Assembly: GCA_017463065.1 (NCBI GenBank)
Contig: JAFTPX010000009.1
Coordinates: 13,256-77,255, forward strand
DNA: 64,000 nucleotides
From: Clostridia bacterium
GTDB lineage: Bacteria > Bacillota > Clostridia > Oscillospirales > CAG-272
Direction: 5' to 3'
The position numbers and the translations under genes are program-made. Shown here one piece after another: positions 28,008-36,796 of this stretch. The notes below the pieces were generated by a model. That model was not told where the DNA came from. It ran no database searches and worked only from the letters and a program-made list of their open reading frames with translations. How positions within the stretch are numbered: position 1 is the stretch's first letter; each line of letters starts with the position of its first letter.

Positions 28008-28684
28008 TGAATCAGTTGACCCACCTTGCAGTCATCGCGGACGGGAACGGCCGTTGGGCGGAAAAGCGGGGGCTTACCCGTTCAGAGGGCCACGAACACG
28101 GTCTGCATAAGATCGACGATCTGCTTCATTGGTGCGTGGATCTCGGCATCCCTTTTCTTTCCGTTTACGTTTTCTCTACCGAGAATTGGAACAGACCGAA
28201 AGAGGAGGTTGACGCCTTGGGAGAGCTTGCGGACAAATATTTCGACCGTCACCGGGAATTCAAGGAAAGCAATGTGCGTGTACTCATTTCCGGGTGCGCG
28301 GACAATTTGAAGCAAACAAGCCTCGATAAAATCGCACATCTGCAAGAGGAAACAAAGGACTGCACCGGGCTGACGTTGAACCTCTGCGCCAACTACGGAG
28401 GGCGCAGGGAGATTGTGGACGCCATCGCCAAAGGCGCAAGGACGGAGGAGGAGATCACAGCCGCTCTCTATCACCGATTACCGCCGCCGGACCTCATTCT
28501 ACGGACGGGCGGGCATCAACGGCTCTCCAACTTTCTCTTGTGGCAATCAGCTTATGCGGAGCTCCACTTCACCCACACGCTTTTCCCGGATCTTTCCTTC
28601 GGGGAAGTCAAACACATCAAAAGCGCATTCGAGCGCGAAACCCGAAAATTTGGAGGTGTGATCATTGACAAGCGGACAGTATAG
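28007..28684 (+). CDS. uppS: Undecaprenyl-diphosphate synthase homologue (cis-prenyltransferase), 225 aa
   Basis: All family hallmarks are present: VIADGNGRWA, FSTENWNRP, ANYGGRREI, LRTGGHQRLSNFLLWQSAYAELHF and RKFGG. The ATG shares its A with the upstream TAA. Confidence 0.9.
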   Translation: MNQLTHLAVIADGNGRWAEKRGLTRSEGHEHGLHKIDDLLHWCVDLGIPFLSVYVFSTENWNRPKEEVDALGELADKYFDRHREFKESNVRVLISGCADNLKQTSLDKIAHLQEETKDCTGLTLNLCANYGGRREIVDAIAKGARTEEEITAALYHRLPPPDLILRTGGHQRLSNFLLWQSAYAELHFTHTLFPDLSFGEVKHIKSAFERETRKFGGVIIDKRTV

Positions 28685-29564
28685 TTATTTGCTTCTCAAA
28701 CATATGCAAAAGTACGTTTCTTGTTCCGAGCCGTGGGTACGCGTATATCTCTACAACTTCTACGGGAGCATTTTCAACGACCCCTCCGTGGTGGTTGACG
28801 AGGCAAGCTATTTGCGGTTCAAAGAGCTCATGGACGCAGAAATGGAATATTGCGCTCAAAAGGGATTGCACAGCATGGAAGACGTTTACTACGACGAAAA
28901 CTTCGGCGAGTCCTACACCCTTTTGGAAGATGCATTTGGGACGCTTGGGATCACTATGGAGATCACGAAAAACTCGGACGGCCACCCGCAAACGCTCATA
29001 TTCACCTTGCCTTCCGGGGAGCAAAAGATTCTCGAGTGTTACAACATGTGCTTTAACGGCTGTACGCCGTATGTGCGGGCGCGATTGGGCGTGACAGACA
29101 CCTACCTCGAACAGATCCGCTCCTATTACCAACTCGAAGAAATCGAGAGGTGCGACTTGGAGGAAGACGGTTGCAACGTGGCGGGGAACGGCACCTGGTG
29201 GACGCATGACGAAGCGACAGGAACGCTTGAAATCACAGGCGAAGGATCTCTCGTAGAATCCATCGTGTGGGGCTACGTCGGGATCGAATTGGAAACGGTC
29301 TCGACGATGATCGTCGGCGCCGGGGTGAAGGTTTTCGACGACTACTCTCTGAGCTTTGAAAATGTACCTACGGTGAACATCGTCACGCTTCACGGAGAAG
29401 CTGACGAACTGACGCTTGGCGAGACGGTTTTCGGATCCTTCAAATCAGAAAGAACCGTCATTCTCTACACGGATAACACGGCTTTGATGGATTACTTGGC
29501 GGCAAACTACGCGGGGACAATCGACTACTTCGAGATCCACAGCCTTGCGGAATGGGAGGGATAA
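28665..29564 (+). CDS. BspA-type leucine-rich-repeat-like protein
   Basis: The C-terminal GTWWTHDEATGTLEITGEGSL...MIVGAGVKVFDDYSLSFENV...LGETVFGSF resembles LRR_5/BspA repeats. TTG start after GGAGGTG. Overlaps the uppS end by 20 nt. Confidence 0.5.
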   Translation: MTSGQYSYLLLKHMQKYVSCSEPWVRVYLYNFYGSIFNDPSVVVDEASYLRFKELMDAEMEYCAQKGLHSMEDVYYDENFGESYTLLEDAFGTLGITMEITKNSDGHPQTLIFTLPSGEQKILECYNMCFNGCTPYVRARLGVTDTYLEQIRSYYQLEEIERCDLEEDGCNVAGNGTWWTHDEATGTLEITGEGSLVESIVWGYVGIELETVSTMIVGAGVKVFDDYSLSFENVPTVNIVTLHGEADELTLGETVFGSFKSERTVILYTDNTALMDYLAANYAGTIDYFEIHSLAEWEG

Positions 29565-29565
29565 C

Positions 29566-30132
29566 ATGAAGGTATACGAGATCGGCTTCTCGCAGGTAGC
29601 CGACGCAATGAAAGAGATCACGCAGACCGGCGGGGAGGGGCTGATCGTTGAGATCGCCGCAGACCCTTGGCTTGCGACGGGAAGGATCGACGGCACCTAC
29701 TCGGAAGAGGCGCGGCAAGATCTTGGCATTCCCCTTTTCCACGCAAAGCACTACGGAGGCACCTGCGTCGTATTTCCCGGAGACCTATCTCTTTGCGAAA
29801 TGCGCTTGACACAGAGCGACTTCGGCAAACGTGCAATCCACGCCGTGAAAGAGTTTTTGAAAAGCCTCGGGCTTCACGTTGCGCTTGACGGAAACGACCT
29901 TATGCTTTACTCCCCGGAAGAAAACGAAAAATTCAAAGTTGCGTCCTACGGTTCGGGGAGCTTCGGCGGCGGGCATTACCAAACGGTTGTGCACGTTTCC
30001 ATTGGCATGGACGAAGAACTCGTAAAGCGCCTATGCACAAAGAATCAAAAAAAGAAACCGAGAGGGCTTGACCGTTACGGCGTGACCGCGCAGGCGGTTT
30101 ATGAAGTTATAAAACCCCTTATAACAGTTTGA
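29566..30132 (+). CDS. Lipoate/biotin-protein-ligase-fold (LplA-like) protein, divergent
   Basis: HAKHYGGTCVVFPGDLSL aligns with the LplA RRSSGGGAVFHDLGN. DGNDLML....KFKVASYGS aligns with GRNDLVV...RKVSGSA, so the lysine is retained. HYQTVVHVSIGMD aligns with HHGTLLLNADL. Confidence 0.5.
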   Translation: MKVYEIGFSQVADAMKEITQTGGEGLIVEIAADPWLATGRIDGTYSEEARQDLGIPLFHAKHYGGTCVVFPGDLSLCEMRLTQSDFGKRAIHAVKEFLKSLGLHVALDGNDLMLYSPEENEKFKVASYGSGSFGGGHYQTVVHVSIGMDEELVKRLCTKNQKKKPRGLDRYGVTAQAVYEVIKPLITV

Positions 30133-30143
30133 GAGGCTAAAAA

Positions 30144-30449
30144 ATGAAACTTCGGCTTATTTTACTCTACGTGTTCAACATCATCGACACGATCACCACG
30201 CTGTACTTGACGCAGATCATCGGCTTGGAGGAGGCGAACCCCGTGTGCCGTTTCCTTTTGTCCGTTGGTCCCGTTCTTTTCGTGGTAGTAAAGCTCGCAG
30301 TCGTCACCTTCTGTTGTTGGGATCTTTGGCGGCTCCGGGACGAAAAGCTCGCCCAAATTGCAACGTGGATCCCCTTCACCGCATACGGGCTTTTGGTGGC
30401 GTACCACGGCTTTATTTTTTACATTTTATTTCGTTTGAATTTGATTTAA
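30144..30449 (+). CDS. Small integral membrane protein (3-4 TM, DUF5658-like EANP motif)
   Basis: Hydrophobic throughout. LEEANPVCRF motif. Confidence 0.55.
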   Translation: MKLRLILLYVFNIIDTITTLYLTQIIGLEEANPVCRFLLSVGPVLFVVVKLAVVTFCCWDLWRLRDEKLAQIATWIPFTAYGLLVAYHGFIFYILFRLNLI

Positions 30450-30465
30450 GAAAGAAGGTGAGAAA

Positions 30466-31911
30466 ATGGAAATTCAATATTTGAGCATTAGAGACGCGGC
30501 AGGCGAAATCGTCTTCACAAAGATCCCCATTAGGCAACCCGGACAGGAGGGCGAATTTGTAAAAGTAAGAGACGCCTACGGGGATATCGTCGAAATCGAA
30601 GCGTGTATGTGCGGGCCCCACCTGCACACGATCAGCGACATCAACGCTTTGCAAGAAACGCTCGACAAAAAGCCAGATGCTTACCACGCCGTTCTGCAAC
30701 CCTTTGATTGGGTATTCGACGGCACTCTCGAAGGGAAAGAAACTATTCCTATCGGTGGAACTCCGGAATTAATGGCCTACCTTGTGAAAATCACAGATCT
30801 CGTCCCGACGATAGAGGAGTTTAAGGCAGGAACTGCCACAATAAGACCTTTAGGCACCGATGAAACTATGACTTTCGCCATTTCCGAGAATGTGATTAAC
30901 GTTATTCATGGAGGGTACTATTTTGGAATTGTTCATGTCGACCAAATCAACTATATTGCGCTCGTCACGAACAATACAAACGCCGGGTACCTTTCAGGCA
31001 GTTCTCCCATTGATGGGAAGGATGTTTCTACGGGCGTATGGGCTACTGTTTTTTGTCTCAAAGACGACAGCGAGAAAATAATCTTCGGGCCTAAAGAGAT
31101 ATATTTCCCTTCCATTGCAAAAGCCCCGGCAAAGAAACTCGACCCCGCTCTTGTGGACGCCGAGTGGATGCCTCGGAGGGAAAAGGGCGCCGGCCCGCTG
31201 ACCGTCTCCTTCGACGGGGATTTGAGCAGGCATCCGCACACCTGGATAAGTGGATTTGATCAAATCGTTTGGATTAAACTTTCCGATCTTATACCTACGA
31301 ATGAGCAAATTAACGCAGGAAAGGGAACCTATACCACTATCGACGGTTCTGTCCACGAATTTACAGATGCCGGACGTTTTAACGGTTGGGAGAATGAGGC
31401 CTTGGGCTCCCCTGGGTTATATTTTGCCTTTGACGCCTACCATGAAGAGCTATCCCCTTGGAAATTCACCTTCCAAATACCCGACGTAGATGGGGCAGGC
31501 ACGCCCGTGAAAATTCCGGAAGAGTTCCTGCCCGACTACGTTGCGGATCTTCCGGCTGAGGTTGAAATGGCCAAAGACGAGGCATACCAAAACAAGATCG
31601 TTCGTTTTTTATTTAATCCAACCAATAATACCGGTTCATACTATTTACAAAATTCATTCTCCTCAACTATTGTTACCGCCGCCGAATTGGAAGCACTGGG
31701 TTATGTAAGAAAAAACGACACCATGGACTACCGCATGGTTAGAGGCCCCTTAATTATATCCGTCGGTGGGGGGCCGGAGTTCCTCACCGCTGTTGCGGTT
31801 AAACAAATGGATGACCTCGCGGGCTCCCCGTTCTGCGTAACTGTTATCAACAGCGAGGGGGAACCGATCAAGCTCTACACCGCCGAATACACACTCGAAG
31901 CAACTGAATAA
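30466..31911 (+). CDS. Fibre-like structural protein
   Basis: HLHTISDINALQETLDKK matches the H-x-H..D(I/V)xGLQxxLxxK motif common in phage fibres. 481 aa. Confidence 0.45.
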   Translation: MEIQYLSIRDAAGEIVFTKIPIRQPGQEGEFVKVRDAYGDIVEIEACMCGPHLHTISDINALQETLDKKPDAYHAVLQPFDWVFDGTLEGKETIPIGGTPELMAYLVKITDLVPTIEEFKAGTATIRPLGTDETMTFAISENVINVIHGGYYFGIVHVDQINYIALVTNNTNAGYLSGSSPIDGKDVSTGVWATVFCLKDDSEKIIFGPKEIYFPSIAKAPAKKLDPALVDAEWMPRREKGAGPLTVSFDGDLSRHPHTWISGFDQIVWIKLSDLIPTNEQINAGKGTYTTIDGSVHEFTDAGRFNGWENEALGSPGLYFAFDAYHEELSPWKFTFQIPDVDGAGTPVKIPEEFLPDYVADLPAEVEMAKDEAYQNKIVRFLFNPTNNTGSYYLQNSFSSTIVTAAELEALGYVRKNDTMDYRMVRGPLIISVGGGPEFLTAVAVKQMDDLAGSPFCVTVINSEGEPIKLYTAEYTLEATE

Positions 31912-32008
31912 AACCATAAACGTGCATTTTTGGTTACAAGATGCACGTTAGCCCCCGAAAAATCAAAATTAAAACCAAATACAAAACCAAAAGAAGGAGG
32001 ATTCCAAA

Positions 32009-32389
32009 ATGTTTAAGGTCAAACTTATCAAGGGTCTTTCGTACAACGGCGCGGTCCGAGTCACGAAAGCAAACCCCTACGCAGAGGTCGAGACAAAGGA
32101 AGCCGCAGACGCGCTCGTAGCTACCGGCTACTTTGAACTCGTCGAAGTCGTAGAGCCCGCCGCACCCGCCGGAGAGCCCGCAGAAGGCAATAAGAACGAC
32201 GAAACCGCCGCACCCGAGGCAGAAGCCGTAGTGCCCGAAGCACCCAAAGCAGAGGAACAGGCGGCTTCCAAGCCGGCCAAGAAGGCAAAGGGCAAAAAGG
32301 CAGAGACCGCCGCAAAGGTCGATGAAGCCGCTCCCGCCGCTGAACCCGAACCCGCCGAAGGCGAAGCTGACTACGGCGAGGGTGAGTAA
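32009..32389 (+). CDS. Hypothetical head-associated protein with an Ala/Pro/Glu-rich tail
   Basis: AGGAGG RBS. Globular ~45-aa N-terminus followed by a low-complexity AEP-rich region. Confidence 0.5.
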   Translation: MFKVKLIKGLSYNGAVRVTKANPYAEVETKEAADALVATGYFELVEVVEPAAPAGEPAEGNKNDETAAPEAEAVVPEAPKAEEQAASKPAKKAKGKKAETAAKVDEAAPAAEPEPAEGEADYGEGE

Positions 32390-32391
32390 CC

Positions 32392-32778
32392 ATGCCGGCG
32401 AGACCTTGGGTAAGGCCCGCAGACGTTCAAGCCTACTCCGAGTATAAGTCCGTCAAGGAACGAAGCGAAGCAAAGCTCGTGGTGGATATCCTGCGGGCAG
32501 AGAACTACGTTATTTCGTACACCAACAACGATTTCAAGGATCTTGAAGAGATCCCGGAAAGCGTCAAGACCGCGATCATCATCGTAGCGGAGGCTTACGG
32601 GTACAACGCTTGCCTCGCCGCAAGGGAAATGAAGTCGGAGCAGTTCGACGATTATTCCTATACGGCGGCAGACGCGCATCCGATTGACATCGGATCTCTT
32701 GACATCGCTTCCCTGCTCGACGAGTACGCGAAGCCGGAGGCGCGGAACGGCGTTACCCTGCGCATGAGAAAACTTTGA
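32392..32778 (+). CDS. Head-tail connector (gp6-like DNA-packaging/connector protein)
   Basis: The N-terminal pattern VRPADVQAYSEY...AKLVVDILRAENYVISYTNNDF is typical of gp6-like connectors. Position is as expected. Confidence 0.6.
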   Translation: MPARPWVRPADVQAYSEYKSVKERSEAKLVVDILRAENYVISYTNNDFKDLEEIPESVKTAIIIVAEAYGYNACLAAREMKSEQFDDYSYTAADAHPIDIGSLDIASLLDEYAKPEARNGVTLRMRKL

Positions 32779-32791
32779 GGAGGGACAGGCT

Positions 32792-33163
32792 ATGAGCATT
32801 GCGGAATTCTTCGACCACTCTTGCGACATCTACCATTTGACCGAGGACAGCAAAAGCCCCGGTTTCAACTTGCCCTCCTCCCCCACCCACGACTACCCCG
32901 CAGAAGCCTCTCTGAAAGGCGTTGAGTGCCATTTTACCGTGAGGGTAGGCAACAATACCAACCTCACCCAAAACGAGCCTCAGAACGATTACGCGGCGCG
33001 AACAAAGCTGAACTTACCCGTTGGGACAGAAATCGGTCTGAACGATAAAGTCGTTGACTGCGATACAGGGCTTTCGTATACCGCCGTAACCCCGCCCCGG
33101 AACATTCGCGGGCATCACATCATCGTTTACGTGGAGCGTACAAGGGAGCAAAAGGCACTATGA
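32792..33163 (+). CDS. Head closure / head-tail joining protein (putative)
   Basis: Position between the connector and the gp10-like gene. Size 123 aa. Confidence 0.45.
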   Translation: MSIAEFFDHSCDIYHLTEDSKSPGFNLPSSPTHDYPAEASLKGVECHFTVRVGNNTNLTQNEPQNDYAARTKLNLPVGTEIGLNDKVVDCDTGLSYTAVTPPRNIRGHHIIVYVERTREQKAL

Positions 33164-33672
33164 AGCACGTAGAGATCGACACATCGGAGGCAAGGCGTTT
33201 CTTTGACGCAGTAGAAGCCGCCGCAAAAGGCGGGTTGCGCAAGGAAATGGAGCTTTGGTTGGAGGCGTTGGGCGTTGAGTTTTTGCGGATCGTTCAAGAC
33301 GAGATCATACGCCGCAAGGTTATGGATACCCGCCTTTTGCTTGCGTCCTTTCATAAGGGGAACGACAACAGCGTGTGGGAGCTTTCCGACGGCGGGCTGA
33401 CGCTCGAAGTGGGATCTACGCTTAACTACGCATCATACGTCAACGACGGGCATTGGACGAACCCCAAAGGCGTAGAGAGGCGTTTCGTTCCCGGGTATTG
33501 GGAAGGTGACCGCTTCATCTATGATCCGTCCGCAGAGGGCGGCATGGTTCTGAAACAGAAATGGGTGGACGGCAAGCCCTATTTCGAGTCTGCGCTCCGC
33601 ATCCTCGAAAAGATGATGCCCGGCTTCCTCGACGCAAAAATGCAAGAGTGGATCGACAACTATTTTCAGTAA
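33160..33672 (+). CDS. HK97 gp10-family tail-component protein
   Basis: The N-terminal ...FFDAVEAAAKGGLRKEMELWLEALG... pattern is typical of the gp10 family. ATGA overlap with the upstream stop. Confidence 0.6.
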   Translation: MKHVEIDTSEARRFFDAVEAAAKGGLRKEMELWLEALGVEFLRIVQDEIIRRKVMDTRLLLASFHKGNDNSVWELSDGGLTLEVGSTLNYASYVNDGHWTNPKGVERRFVPGYWEGDRFIYDPSAEGGMVLKQKWVDGKPYFESALRILEKMMPGFLDAKMQEWIDNYFQ

Positions 33673-33687
33673 AGCGGAGGTGCGACA

Positions 33688-34239
33688 ATGCTTGAACAGG
33701 AGATCGCAAGTATTATCAAATTCACCCTCGACACGGCAGGAAACCCCGCGCCGTACTATTGGGAGGTGAAAGAGAATTTCGTTGTGCCGTCCTGCTATTT
33801 TCCCTCGCCGGAGATAGACACCGACGGCGAAACATTCTCTACCTACCGTTTGCGGTACAGTTGGTTTATCAAATTCTTTCACAATACCACGGAGGGCGCG
33901 TATGCTTTGGCACAACGCGTCCTCTTGGCGTTGAAGGGATTGAGAAACTGCGTACCGCTTATCGGTGAAGACGGCAAGCCCACGGGCGAAAAACTGCGGT
34001 TGCGCGACCCGTCGATCAAGAAGATCGACAGCGGCGTGTATCAGCTCGTTTTAGAGTGGGACAGCCGCAGGCCGTACAACGACCCGGAATATCTGCTCGC
34101 GCAGAATTTCACAATAGAGAGTTGGAGCAAATCGGAGCTTTACCGAATGAAAGAGTTTTCCGCAGATGTGCTGTCGCAAGTCGAACAGTATGTAGGAGAT
34201 CTTTCGGAGGAGGGCCCCGAGGAAGCGTCAACCGAATAA
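33688..34239 (+). CDS. Tail completion / sheath-terminator-like protein (XkdJ position)
   Basis: Gene order only; it precedes the sheath gene. Confidence 0.4.
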   Translation: MLEQEIASIIKFTLDTAGNPAPYYWEVKENFVVPSCYFPSPEIDTDGETFSTYRLRYSWFIKFFHNTTEGAYALAQRVLLALKGLRNCVPLIGEDGKPTGEKLRLRDPSIKKIDSGVYQLVLEWDSRRPYNDPEYLLAQNFTIESWSKSELYRMKEFSADVLSQVEQYVGDLSEEGPEEASTE

Positions 34240-34257
34240 AAACAAGGAGGCTTCTCT

Positions 34258-34476
34258 ATGGCAACCAAGGAAAAGAAAACCGTCGAACCCACGGGTGCGC
34301 CCGTGTTCGGCATCGAGAAGCTCCGGGCAAACTGCGTTACGCTTTTCGGCGTGACTACCAGCACGTTTGACGGGGCGACTCACGGTCTCGAAGGGGAATT
34401 CACCGTTGAGGCCATGAAGCAGACCATTGAAGAATGGAAAAACAAAAAGATCAGCAACAAAAAGGAGGCTAATTAA
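34258..34476 (+). CDS. Small hypothetical protein
   Basis: AGGAGG RBS. 72 aa. Confidence 0.45.
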   Translation: MATKEKKTVEPTGAPVFGIEKLRANCVTLFGVTTSTFDGATHGLEGEFTVEAMKQTIEEWKNKKISNKKEAN

Positions 34477-34478
34477 CA

Positions 34479-35810
34479 ATGGCAAGCGGAAGATTTGACA
34501 AACTTGCAGGCAAGGTTCGCCCCGGTACTTACGTCAACTTCGAGAGCACCAAGGTCGGTACTGTTGGTGTTGGCGAAAGAGGCATCGTTGTGATCCCCTT
34601 CATCGGGCATTCCTACGGTCCTGCAAAGGAATTCATCACCATCACCAACGCCGCACCCGACGCGGCCCGCGCAAAGCTCGGTTTCAGCGTGTTCGACGAC
34701 AATCAGAATATGCTGTTGGTCCGTGAGGCTTTGAAAGAAGCGGCAACCGTGATCGTATACATCACGGCAAGCGGCACCACCGCAAAGGGCACCGGCGGCG
34801 GCCTTACCGCAGAGGCGGTATACGGCGGCCTGCGCGGTAACGATCTCGCATACTCCGTTGTGGCGAACCCCCTCGGCGGCTTCGACGTTACCGTTACCCT
34901 CGGCGGCGTGACCGTCGGCTTCTACGAGGGCATGAAGACCGCGGCAGAGGTTATCGCAATGAATAACCCCTACATCAAGTTCGCGGCATCCGGTGACGCG
35001 CTCACCGCTGTTGCAGGCGTGAACCTCACCGGCGCAACCGCAACCGAGAACACCAACTCCGACGTTACCGACTTCCTCGACGCGGTGGAGGGCGTGAAGT
35101 TCAACGCTTTGTGCTTCCCCGTTTCCGACGAAACCTTGAAGACCGCGTTCGTGAGCAAGATCAAGTATCTGCGCGAGAACGTCGGCAAGTGCGTGGTCGG
35201 TGTTGCGGCAGACCTCGACGCGGACTACGAGGGCATCACCAACGTCACCAACTCCGTTATCGTGGGTGACAAGGAGCTCACCAAAGAACAGGCAACCGCA
35301 TGGGCGGCAGGCGCATCCGCGGGCGCGTCCAACGTCCAGTCCAACACCTATAAGACCTACGAAGGCGCAACGGGCATCGTAGGCGTGAAGACCCATGAGC
35401 AGGCTGTCGCCGCCATCAAGAACGGCGAATTCTTCTTCTCTGTTTCCGAGGAGGGCAACGTCATTGTAGAATATGACATCAACAGCCTTGTGACCGTTCC
35501 CGCCGGGAAGGACGCAAGCTACAAGAAGAACCGCGTGATCCGCGTGTTCGACACCTTCAGCGAGAGCCTGCAACTCAATTTCCCGCCCAACAAGTACCCC
35601 AACAACACCACCGGGTGGAACATCATGGAGGGCGTTGGCCGCTCCATTCTGAAAGCGTTTGAGGACGCGGGCGCGATCAAGAACGTGGACTACGAGGCGG
35701 ATTTCGTGGTGGACCGCGAGGCTTCCACCGGCGATCAGACGTTCTTCAACGTCGGTCTCGAACCCGTAGACTCCGCAGAAAAGCTCTACTTCACCGTAGC
35801 AACGAGATAA
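34479..35810 (+). CDS. Contractile tail sheath protein (XkdK-like)
   Basis: 443 aa. N-terminal GRFDKLAGKVRPGTYVNFES... is typical of sheath proteins. Followed by the tube gene. Confidence 0.85.
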   Translation: MASGRFDKLAGKVRPGTYVNFESTKVGTVGVGERGIVVIPFIGHSYGPAKEFITITNAAPDAARAKLGFSVFDDNQNMLLVREALKEAATVIVYITASGTTAKGTGGGLTAEAVYGGLRGNDLAYSVVANPLGGFDVTVTLGGVTVGFYEGMKTAAEVIAMNNPYIKFAASGDALTAVAGVNLTGATATENTNSDVTDFLDAVEGVKFNALCFPVSDETLKTAFVSKIKYLRENVGKCVVGVAADLDADYEGITNVTNSVIVGDKELTKEQATAWAAGASAGASNVQSNTYKTYEGATGIVGVKTHEQAVAAIKNGEFFFSVSEEGNVIVEYDINSLVTVPAGKDASYKKNRVIRVFDTFSESLQLNFPPNKYPNNTTGWNIMEGVGRSILKAFEDAGAIKNVDYEADFVVDREASTGDQTFFNVGLEPVDSAEKLYFTVATR

Positions 35811-35826
35811 GAAGGAGGCGTGAACC

Positions 35827-36255
35827 ATGGAATACAACAAGAGTCCTATTTCCTTGCGTGAAGGCAAGGTATTCATCGACGGCGTAGAGGTCATGGACAG
35901 CGTGAAGTGCAACATCAAGTTCACTCCCGAAGTTTGGTCCGGCAAGCAACTCGGCGAAAAAACCCCGAGTAGCCGCTACCTCGGCTACACCATCACGGGT
36001 AGCATCACCCGCCGCCGTTCTACCCCTTGGCTGAAAGAGAAGATCGCCGCGTACATCAAGACCGGCAAGACCCCCGAGTTCACCATCCAAGGCGTCATGA
36101 ACGACGAGAACTCCGACTACTACGCGGCAAACGGTGAAGACACCTGCACCTGCGTAGGATGCGTTCTCACCGGCGATATGAATTTGATCGACCTCGACAG
36201 CGCAGGCGACGTTGTTGACGACGTTATCAACTTCAACGCAAAAGACATCGTATAA
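35827..36255 (+). CDS. Tail tube protein (XkdM-like)
   Basis: 142 aa. REGKVFIDGVEV...KFTPEVW... has the XkdM-type pattern. Lies after the sheath gene. Confidence 0.8.
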   Translation: MEYNKSPISLREGKVFIDGVEVMDSVKCNIKFTPEVWSGKQLGEKTPSSRYLGYTITGSITRRRSTPWLKEKIAAYIKTGKTPEFTIQGVMNDENSDYYAANGEDTCTCVGCVLTGDMNLIDLDSAGDVVDDVINFNAKDIV

Positions 36256-36262
36256 CTAACCG

Positions 36263-36303
36263 GCCCCTCTGCCAAAAGCGGAGGGGCAAATTATTTATTT
36301 TTT
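36263..36303 (+). terminator. Intrinsic terminator-like hairpin after the tube gene
   Basis: gcccctc (36263-36269) pairs with gaggggc (36281-36287). The T-rich tract aaattatttattttttc follows. Confidence 0.6.
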
Positions 36304-36322
36304 CAGAAAAGGAGATACCACA

Positions 36323-36796
36323 ATGGCAAAAGATTTGAGCTATTTTATGCGCGAACAGAAAGAGGAGATCATCACCGTTCCCGGCCCCGCGTCCTTCAAG
36401 GACAAAGACGGCAACGTGATCGAATTCGAGATCCGCGTCCTCGATAATGCAACCATTCAGAAGATCAACGACAGCTACCGCAAGCGCGTCATGGCCGTCG
36501 ACAAAAAGGGTCAGCCCTATATCTCAAACGGCTTCGTCGTGCTCAAAGAGGAAAACGACAGCAAGAGAGCAGTCCGCCACATCATCGCGGAGGCGTTGGT
36601 ATATCCCAACCTCAAAGACGAAAAGCTCATGGAATACTACGGCTGTCACGACATCACCGAAATGCCTAACAAGGTATTCCGCAAGGCAGACGAATTCGCG
36701 CACGTTTCCCGAATCGTATTCGCCGCGCTTGGGATCGGCTCTTTCGCCGATGAAGACGGCGGCGCAGACTCCGACGTAGAAGATGCAAAAAAATAA
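36323..36796 (+). CDS. Tail assembly chaperone (XkdN-like, gpG equivalent)
   Basis: Lies between the tube and tape-measure genes. Ends in the slippery run GCA AAA AAA TAA. Confidence 0.7.
   Translation: MAKDLSYFMREQKEEIITVPGPASFKDKDGNVIEFEIRVLDNATIQKINDSYRKRVMAVDKKGQPYISNGFVVLKEENDSKRAVRHIIAEALVYPNLKDEKLMEYYGCHDITEMPNKVFRKADEFAHVSRIVFAALGIGSFADEDGGADSDVEDAKK
36787..36793 (+). other. Candidate -1 programmed frameshift site (A AAA AAA)
   Basis: A heptanucleotide A-run occupies the last two sense codons of the chaperone gene. The -1 frame is open for 52 further codons. Confidence 0.5.

Noticed and set aside
28007-30449. The possibility that uppS, the LRR gene, the LplA-like gene and the membrane gene are host DNA, a misassembly, or the boundary between two elements.
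   Set aside because: The block is flanked on both sides by phage structural genes on the same strand. Its starts and stops are shared or overlapping, and no terminator, promoter or repeat marks a junction.
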